This document shows, one piece after another, positions 7,753 through 13,693 of a stretch of DNA of 13,693 nucleotides (within the stretch, counting starts at the first letter, position 1; each line of letters starts with the position of its first letter). Under the pieces are notes generated by a model. It saw nothing but the letters and a program-made list of their open reading frames with translations. It was not told the DNA's origin and searched no databases. Position numbers and translations under genes: made by a program. The DNA is taken from assembly GCA_043804895.1 (NCBI GenBank), contig JAZDIN010000042.1, forward strand, positions 1 to 13,693. The letters are read 5' to 3'. Source of the stretch: Candidatus Altiarchaeota archaeon (lineage in GTDB: Archaea > Altiarchaeota > Altiarchaeia > IMC4 > SCGC-AAA252-I15).

Positions 7753-8656
7753 TTCCCTCAATAAGCTGGCATGTAGTGCATTTCTTTCCTGAGGATGGTT
7801 CGCCGCATAGGGAGCATTCGCCTGGGTGCTTTCGGCCAAGTTGCGTTCCCATTATCTTGGCGAACTCATCTGATGAGCGGAGCATCTGATACTTGCTTCC
7901 TGGGTGATTCTTCTCAAGGCTGTTTAGCAAATCCCGTACAGTAGTCCTGTATGAAGTCCTCGCATACGGGCACCTGCTCTTAGTGTGGGGCAGCTTCATC
8001 AGCTTCGCGTAGAGCTGGACCTCCTCCTCCGGACACTCCCTCAGGACTTTTATCTGCGGGATGAAACTCCTGCGCCTTAGAACCCCTGTCCCACTCCAAA
8101 GTCTACCAATACTCTGCAAGTCACCTCCTAGGATGCTCATGAACGCGGACTGTATTTCATCATCGAGGTTGTAGCCTGTAGCAACCTTTGTGGCTCCAAT
8201 CTTATCCGCATAATCGTTCAACAACCTCCTCTTCAACACCCCGCATACGCTGCACGCTGGAACACAATCAGATTCTACTTTCTCCACAACATCGTCTATG
8301 TCTAAGCCGAAATACTCCTTGAACGTGACCAGACGGTGTTCGACGCCGATAGACTCGCAATACTTGATGGCGCCCCTGAGGCTCTTCCCCCTGATTCCCT
8401 CATCCACTGACACGGCAACCAGCCTGCAGTTTGGGTTGACACGCATTATGTCGTTGAGTATCTTCAGGACAACCATGCTGTCCTTCCTGCCGGAGAGGCC
8501 TACCAATACCACATCATCCTTTTCAATTAACTTCCCCTGCCTTATGTTCTTTTTCACACGCCTCTCGAAAAGCTCAATGAAATGCTTCCTGCAAAGCCAG
8601 TGACCGGAGTACCGAAGCTCAAAAACCGCCTTCCTCTTGCAGCGCATGCAATTCAT
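7736..8656 (-). CDS. TtuA/NcsA/Ncs6-family tRNA thiolation protein homolog (TIGR00269-like) with atypical active-site motifs
   Basis: N-terminal CxxC...CxxH and C-terminal CxxC...CxxC Zn fingers, central CSVC and CPY. The PP-loop reads SGRKDS and the GHxxDD motif reads GYNLDD. 17-bp convergent overlap with hel308. Confidence 0.9.
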   Translation of the reverse strand: MNCMRCKRKAVFELRYSGHWLCRKHFIELFERRVKKNIRQGKLIEKDDVVLVGLSGRKDSMVVLKILNDIMRVNPNCRLVAVSVDEGIRGKSLRGAIKYCESIGVEHRLVTFKEYFGLDIDDVVEKVESDCVPACSVCGVLKRRLLNDYADKIGATKVATGYNLDDEIQSAFMSILGGDLQSIGRLWSGTGVLRRRSFIPQIKVLRECPEEEVQLYAKLMKLPHTKSRCPYARTSYRTTVRDLLNSLEKNHPGSKYQMLRSSDEFAKIMGTQLGRKHPGECSLCGEPSSGKKCTTCQLIEGIKVLP

Positions 8657-9096
8657 CTTATCTGATACGATGCCTCAACCTTAGAAAGAAGGCTCTCAGA
8701 GTATTTCAGACTCTCTGAGACCACCTGTTTGGTCTTCTTGAACGCCTCCGTAGGCTTCTTGTTCGCTGTGAACCTGTGTTTCCCGTCTAACACGTCGAGG
8801 AGGCCAATACGTTCGAAATAACTGAGCCAGATTTGAATGTTCCTGTCAGTGAGGCCGAAATCATCCTTCACGCCTCTCCTACGCCTAAGCTCGACTATTC
8901 CAGCCTTCACCTCAGGGGTGGTCAGAGGCACGTCCCTAGCCCTTGACATCAGCATCACCTCGATTATGTCGCAGGCGACGTCTGAAGTCACGCCTATGGA
9001 GTCCAGAAACAACTCTAAAAGCTCCCTAGGCTCATCAGCCATCAAGGCGGAGTCGTCGTACCAGCGAAGCTTGATATCAGCAAGAAGCTCAGCCAT
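8653..9096 (-). CDS. Hypothetical protein, probable winged-helix DNA-binding protein
   Basis: LTTPEV...LTDRNIQIWLSYFERIGLLDVLDGKHRF resembles a wHTH recognition helix plus wing. ATGA coupling to the ttuA-like gene. Confidence 0.7.
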   Translation of the reverse strand: MAELLADIKLRWYDDSALMADEPRELLELFLDSIGVTSDVACDIIEVMLMSRARDVPLTTPEVKAGIVELRRRRGVKDDFGLTDRNIQIWLSYFERIGLLDVLDGKHRFTANKKPTEAFKKTKQVVSESLKYSESLLSKVEASYQIR

Positions 9097-9120
9097 AGTT
9101 ATATAAGGGGACGATATGTT

Positions 9121-9234
9121 ATATAGTTGAGGGCATACTATCCATAGTTTATGCGGAGTATATTAGGCTTTGTGCCCTCAAATATATCCGAGAGCATAGA
9201 ATCCAAACAAAGAAGGTTATGCTCTCGTATATAA
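9121..9234. promoter_or_regulatory. Array of four 17-bp motifs WTATANNNGAGRGCAYA in alternating orientation
   Basis: +9121 ATATAGTTGAGGGCATA; -9187 ATATATTTGAGGGCACA; +9182 ATATATCCGAGAGCATA; -9234 TTATATACGAGAGCATA. Confidence 0.7.
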
Positions 9235-9239
9235 TAAAG

Positions 9240-9716
9240 ATGGTTGACAAACCCGTAACCAAGAAGAAATTCAACGAAGGCTTAGACGTAAGCCAGAAGA
9301 TCAGGGAGGGTGGAGTCCTAGCTAAGATGTACTTGGGGGTTCAGGGCAACAACAAGGAGGCTGCGAAGAAGGCGCTCGAAAACACCATCCACAATAAGCT
9401 GGAGGCTGAAGGGAACATAAGCCTCCTTGAAGTTAAGATGTACGACATAGACAAACAAGGTAAAGGCTTCTTCTCAGGAGTGGCTGAAGTTGACTTCGTC
9501 GCAGACGACTTCAGATGGCTCATCAGCACAGTGCTGAGATACGGGCCGTCCGCCTTTGAGATACTCGAACCTGCCGAAGTCCGCCTCAACTCAGAGATGA
9601 TGCACTCAATAGCAGCTGACGTGTGCGACTTTTCGCACATGTACAGCCAGCAGATAATAGCCATGTTCAAGGACCCGGAGAGAAGGGCCTTGTATGAGAA
9701 GATGATTAACGGGTGA
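9240..9716 (+). CDS. Conserved-looking archaeal hypothetical protein (alpha/beta, YGPSAFEILEP motif)
   Basis: The pattern FSGVAEVDF...LRYGPSAFEILEP recalls an uncharacterised archaeal family. Start at ATG 9240 is preferred because ATG 9219 lies inside an inverted-repeat arm. Confidence 0.8.
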   Translation: MVDKPVTKKKFNEGLDVSQKIREGGVLAKMYLGVQGNNKEAAKKALENTIHNKLEAEGNISLLEVKMYDIDKQGKGFFSGVAEVDFVADDFRWLISTVLRYGPSAFEILEPAEVRLNSEMMHSIAADVCDFSHMYSQQIIAMFKDPERRALYEKMING

Positions 9717-9725
9717 GTGAAGAGG

Positions 9726-10766
9726 ATGAGGAGTATAGGGATTTTTGTGCTGCTTTTGCTTATTGGATGGGTTTCAGCCGACACCATAAGCGATGTGAAC
9801 CTTGCCGTAGGCGGGGACGGCTTCGTGCAGGTTGAGGAGAGAGTAATATTCGAGGAGGAGGGCATTTTAGGTGTTTTGGAGCTGCCGCATTATGCCAGCG
9901 AGTTTACAGTCAGTGACAGTCAAGAGACGTTGAATTACACCGTAACAGAGGTTGACGGCGTGAAAACAGCTAAAATCCAGTTTAACGAGTATTTGGAAGC
10001 TGGGAAGACAAAGGAGGTGTGGGTAAGGTATGGCACAGACCGTCTGACTGCGAAGGATGAGGGTGTATGGACTGTCAGCATAGACACGCCTTCAACCCCA
10101 AGGAAGACCATTATTAGGCTGACGTTGCCACCAGACGCTAAGGTGCTTGAGCTAAGCCCGGCAAGCCTCCTGAGGACGTATGTGAAGGACGGGGTGTGGG
10201 TTTACCCGCAGGAGGGTAGGTTGAATTTTTCTATATCATATAAATCCGGGGGGGTTAAGCCAGAGGTAAACGTCACGACAGTTACCAGCGGCACTATACA
10301 GGAATTGCCAATAGTGGACGGCAGGACCTTCTATGGGTTGATTCTGGGGATTGTTGTCTTGCTCGTGGTCGTTATCATCTACAGTATGTACAGAAATAGG
10401 CTTCTTTTAACCAGGAAAGGTGATGAACCTATGACTGTTAACGTTGGTGAAAACATAGTCAGCGAACCTAAGGTGGGTGGGGGTAAGGTTTCATATGACA
10501 TTAAGTCTGTTGACCATCCTGGGGGGGTTAGAACTGTTAAGGAGTCTGTTTTGAAGATGCTCGACGACACTGAACTTTCGATTGTTCGGTTGTTGGAAGA
10601 AGGGGATGAGGAGGGGGTTACACAGGCATATATCCATAAGACGACGAATATACCTAAATCAAGCTTATCTGACATTTTAAGGCAGATAGAGAAGAGGAAT
10701 ATAATAGAGAGGAAACAAGAAGGTCGTGTTAAGTGGATAAAGCTTAAAGAATGGGTTTTAGAGTAA
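9726..10766 (+). CDS. Membrane-anchored transcriptional regulator (COG2512-like): signal peptide, extracellular beta domain, TM helix, cytoplasmic C-terminal wHTH
   Basis: Signal MRSIGIFVLLLLIGWVSA; beta-rich ectodomain with NYT/NFS/NVT sequons; TM FYGLILGIVVLLVVVIIYSMY; wHTH VTQAYIHKTTNIPKSSLSDILRQIEKRNIIERKQEGRVKWIKL. SD-like GGTGA lies 9 nt before ATG 9726; GTG 9717 is an alternative start. Confidence 0.88.
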   Translation: MRSIGIFVLLLLIGWVSADTISDVNLAVGGDGFVQVEERVIFEEEGILGVLELPHYASEFTVSDSQETLNYTVTEVDGVKTAKIQFNEYLEAGKTKEVWVRYGTDRLTAKDEGVWTVSIDTPSTPRKTIIRLTLPPDAKVLELSPASLLRTYVKDGVWVYPQEGRLNFSISYKSGGVKPEVNVTTVTSGTIQELPIVDGRTFYGLILGIVVLLVVVIIYSMYRNRLLLTRKGDEPMTVNVGENIVSEPKVGGGKVSYDIKSVDHPGGVRTVKESVLKMLDDTELSIVRLLEEGDEEGVTQAYIHKTTNIPKSSLSDILRQIEKRNIIERKQEGRVKWIKLKEWVLE

Positions 10767-10847
10767 AAGGAGTTCATATGAACGTTATTTTTAATAAAAA
10801 CGGTAATTCGAACGTTTTAAAGGAGTATATAGGTATATAGACCTGAT

Positions 10848-10879
10848 TGTGCACCTTAAGATATAAATATAAGCGCACA
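10848..10879 (+). promoter_or_regulatory. Putative S-layer gene promoter: TATA box flanked by an imperfect inverted repeat
   Basis: TATAAATA at 10862-10869 lies between TGTGCACCTTA (10848-10858) and TAAGCGCACA (10870-10879). It predicts a TSS near 10890-10893. Confidence 0.6.
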
Positions 10880-10891
10880 TAATTGATACAG

Positions 10892-10972
10892 TGCTAAAAC
10901 CCTAGGGGACGCCATGCTTGTTAAGCATGACGCCCTCAAAGGCATTAGCAGATAAAACTAAAAATAGGAGGT
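10892..10972 (+). promoter_or_regulatory. Structured 5'UTR hairpin and strong Shine-Dalgarno of the S-layer gene
   Basis: Nested pairings TGCTAA/TTAGCA (10892-10897/10945-10950), CCT/AGG, AGGG/CCCT and CATGCTT-gtt-AAGCATG (10913-10929). GGAGGT at 10967-10972, 9 nt before the ATG. Confidence 0.65.
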
Positions 10973-10981
10973 AAAGCAAAA

Positions 10982-13693
10982 ATGAGAACCTTGAACCGTG
11001 TGGGTTCCATCGTCGCAGGAGCTGTGATGCTGGGAGCAGCAATCTCAGGCGCAGTTAATGCGAGCATGGACGACACAGGAATGACAAAGGGCTTCTTCTA
11101 CGACGCGGGCTATAATCCAATAGTCCAGATCGTAGTTGGAGAAAAAGGGATGGCAACTGATGCTGTTGCAGCAGGAAACATTGCAGCAGTAATCGGAAAC
11201 CTAGCCTACACAAGCACGACAGCAGCCGCAGCCGGCGGAACAGCCGGAGGCCAAGTAGTGCTTGGAATCTCTGCAAAGGGAGCAACAGGTAAGTACGAAC
11301 AAGCAGACAGGGAATTAGATATGATTGAGACCAACGCAGACGAAGATGTGTATGACTTCTACAGCAGCAACGACGGACTGCCGTGGGACGCGTCAATGGG
11401 TGTTGAAACATACACCCGCGGGGAGTTCATATCCTACAGTCTGGCATGCGACCAGCAGGAGAGGACCGAATCAGGCATACTGAAGAAAGGCACGTACAAT
11501 AACATACACTGCCTATTCTGCGAGACGCTATGTCTGAGTGCATTGGAGAACCCAGAGCACACCATGGAAGAGTCGATAGCAGTTGACTTCGACAAAATAA
11601 CATGGTATGAGGACGGACTAGGGTCAGACGACGCCGAAGCGCTGACGATGAAAATCGACAGCAAGGCGATAACGTACATCCTAGACGCAGGGTACGTCCC
11701 AATGAACAAGATATACGCGACCTCAGCCGAGGCTGGCAACGAGATAGACTTCGAGTGGAGAGGGCAGATGATCCTCTTCGGTGAGGAGTACTATGTGAAG
11801 AACATCCAAGGACTGGACAAGATATACCTTGCGAAAGGTAAGATTTTGGACGACATCTCATCCGAGGGATACACCTCAGAGTACATGGGATACAAGTTCA
11901 AGATCGACCACCTGATATACTCAGAGGAGTACAAGGTCGCAGGTATCCTGTTGGATGTTGAGAAGCCAGACGGGACCGTAGTCCAAACCCAGATATCCAA
12001 GATGGCAAACGGCATCGTCGACGACATCGAGATTGCTGGTGTCTACGCTGAAGAAGCAGACGCAGTCGCAACCGCGAGCCTAATCGTCTACGACACGACA
12101 ACAAACGTGCTCTTGGAAGACAGCAAGGACATGGAGCTTGGCGGAGAAGTCAAGAAGTACTGGAAGGTCAGCATAGACACGCAAGAGGCAAACGAGTCAT
12201 CAGTCGACATATCAGACTACAATGACGCAGTTGCAGGCGACGTGTTGAACAACGTGACAGTACAGTACAGACACTCAGCAGAGCTTAAAGTCGGCGAGGA
12301 ACTGGACTTCCCATCAACCTACAAGGTTGTGTTCGACGGATTCAGGACCAACGACTACGTCGAAAGCCCATGCTCAGGAGCTGGTGAAGGCGACATAAAG
12401 ATTGAACGCGAAGGCAAATACCGCGGCTTAATCAGCTTCACAGGCGATGACGGGCAGAGGTACAACGGCGTATACATGGACCAAGGACCGTTCAGCCAAG
12501 GCGACATGTTCGTACTAGGCGGACTAGTCTACGAATACGACGACGCAGCTGAGCTGACAACAGACGACGAAGTGATGAGAATCACGTTGAAGGACCTGTT
12601 GAACGGCGGGAAGAGGACATACGACCTTGACGCGATAGCTCAGACAACAAGCTTCAGCCTATGGACATACCCATTCGAAGAAGCTTCGAGCAACGCTGAG
12701 GAGACGACAGTCGAGCCAGACTCAGTTGCAGCAGACAGCGACGTATATGTTGGTGATGGACCCCAAGCGTACATACTGTACGACGGCGGGGATATGTACC
12801 TAGTCGAGAATGACATGGATGAAGCAGGAACAGGGTCATTAATCGACAACGAGACGATAGGTATAAACCAGAACATATTCTCAGCTGACGGCGGCACAAA
12901 CGTAGAAAGGCTCGAAAAGTTCGAGCTTGGCGACGCTGACGTAGGCCTGAGTGTTGTCAACGAGAACACCACATACGACCTGAACTTAGACAGAGACACT
13001 GACGCAGACGACAGGCTGATACAATTCGATAACGGCGACACAGAATACATCGTTATCGACTTCTACAGCAGGTCGTTCGACGACACTGCAGACACGTACT
13101 ACAGCGAAGGTCTCTGGACATCAGGAAACGCACTGAGCCTATCCGCGGCCTGGACTGCCCCGTACGACGACCCAGCAACAGACTACACGTACAAGTTCCA
13201 GGACGAGCAGGACACAGTAGCCATAGTGCCAATGGGCGGGACAACAGCAACCATCGATTACGGTGGAGCCCGCCAGGTTGAGTCAGTGACAATCTGCCAA
13301 CCCCAAGACAACGTCTACGCGACGCTGTTCATAGGGACAAGCGAGCAGGCAACAACCATTGACACGACCATAACAAAGGCAGACGAAGGCACTGAGAAGT
13401 CCGTAGGATGCTGCACGTACCTGATTAAGGAATTCGGCGTGACAACAAGCGGAAGCACAGCCGCAACAGTAAAGGTAAACCCGATAGTCGGGAACCTGGT
13501 TGTGCCCGAAATAGCAGCTGACACGACCAAGAACCTGGTCATCGTCGGTGGCCCAGCCGTCAACGGAATGTGCGGCCTAACCAAGGACGAAATCCAGGCT
13601 GCAAGCGGACAGTACGTCGTCAAGATGGACGGCAACAAAGTCTACGTTGCAGGTTGGACAGCAGCTGACACTGTTGACGCAGGAAACGCCTTA
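10982..13693 (+). CDS. Large S-layer-family (S_layer_N/S_layer_C) surface glycoprotein, possibly a hamus-subunit homolog; 3' end just beyond the window
   Basis: Not in the ORF track (no stop). By hand the frame is open for 904 codons: signal MRTLNRVGSIVAGAVMLGAAISGAVNA; IVVGEKGMATDAVAAGNIAAVIGNL (S_layer_N-like); NLVIVGGPAVNG...VYVAGWTAADTVDAGNAL (S_layer_C-like). D/E/T/G-rich with strong codon bias (GAC, TAC, GCA, ACA). Confidence 0.92.
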   Translation, partial: MRTLNRVGSIVAGAVMLGAAISGAVNASMDDTGMTKGFFYDAGYNPIVQIVVGEKGMATDAVAAGNIAAVIGNLAYTSTTAAAAGGTAGGQVVLGISAKGATGKYEQADRELDMIETNADEDVYDFYSSNDGLPWDASMGVETYTRGEFISYSLACDQQERTESGILKKGTYNNIHCLFCETLCLSALENPEHTMEESIAVDFDKITWYEDGLGSDDAEALTMKIDSKAITYILDAGYVPMNKIYATSAEAGNEIDFEWRGQMILFGEEYYVKNIQGLDKIYLAKGKILDDISSEGYTSEYMGYKFKIDHLIYSEEYKVAGILLDVEKPDGTVVQTQISKMANGIVDDIEIAGVYAEEADAVATASLIVYDTTTNVLLEDSKDMELGGEVKKYWKVSIDTQEANESSVDISDYNDAVAGDVLNNVTVQYRHSAELKVGEELDFPSTYKVVFDGFRTNDYVESPCSGAGEGDIKIEREGKYRGLISFTGDDGQRYNGVYMDQGPFSQGDMFVLGGLVYEYDDAAELTTDDEVMRITLKDLLNGGKRTYDLDAIAQTTSFSLWTYPFEEASSNAEETTVEPDSVAADSDVYVGDGPQAYILYDGGDMYLVENDMDEAGTGSLIDNETIGINQNIFSADGGTNVERLEKFELGDADVGLSVVNENTTYDLNLDRDTDADDRLIQFDNGDTEYIVIDFYSRSFDDTADTYYSEGLWTSGNALSLSAAWTAPYDDPATDYTYKFQDEQDTVAIVPMGGTTATIDYGGARQVESVTICQPQDNVYATLFIGTSEQATTIDTTITKADEGTEKSVGCCTYLIKEFGVTTSGSTAATVKVNPIVGNLVVPEIAADTTKNLVIVGGPAVNGMCGLTKDEIQAASGQYVVKMDGNKVYVAGWTAADTVDAGNAL

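Noticed and set aside
5701-8656. hel308 and the ttuA-like gene as a functional unit (e.g. a DNA thiolation or defence system)
   Set aside because: They are convergent rather than co-transcribed, Hel308 is a normal housekeeping helicase, and the PP-loop protein lacks DndC-like features and any dnd/ssp neighbours.
9121-9234. CRISPR array or MITE
   Set aside because: The repeats are short, alternate in orientation and have unequal spacing. There are no cas genes, and no target-site duplication was found.
4392-10777. Short ORFs overlapping pgk, the orphan, hel308, the ttuA-like gene and the regulator genes
   Set aside because: Antisense or out-of-frame shadows with non-protein-like composition.
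11055-13638. Eight minus-strand ORFs in the track
   Set aside because: Shadows of the strongly codon-biased plus-strand S-layer gene, which is the real coding frame.

Overview
Archaeal chromosomal window, judged from an archaeal-type PGK, Hel308, a TtuA/NcsA homolog, TATA-box and apparently leaderless promoters, and a protein with S_layer_N/S_layer_C-like ends. An Altiarchaeota-like origin is plausible but only inferred. Left to right: two coiled-coil genes (the first runs off the window); an inositol-lipid operon (ino1, EamA/DMT half-transporter, CDP-alcohol phosphotransferase) divergent from a PadR regulator; a 58-aa membrane microprotein missing from the ORF track; pgk; a 26-codon remnant of the hppA membrane pyrophosphatase C-terminus, in frame behind the stop of a 274-aa orphan with an internal duplication; hel308; a TtuA/Ncs6-family gene with substituted catalytic motifs, coupled to a winged-helix gene; a divergent intergenic region with four copies of a 17-bp motif; a conserved hypothetical gene; a membrane-anchored COG2512-like wHTH regulator; and a >904-aa acidic, Cys-rich S-layer/hamus-like gene (also missing from the ORF track) with a long hairpin leader. 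The best candidates for new biology are the transmembrane regulator plus S-layer/hamus module, the four-motif operator array, the degenerate TtuA paralog, the hppA scar and the DMT gene inside the inositol-lipid operon. All family calls come from motif recognition, not database searches.
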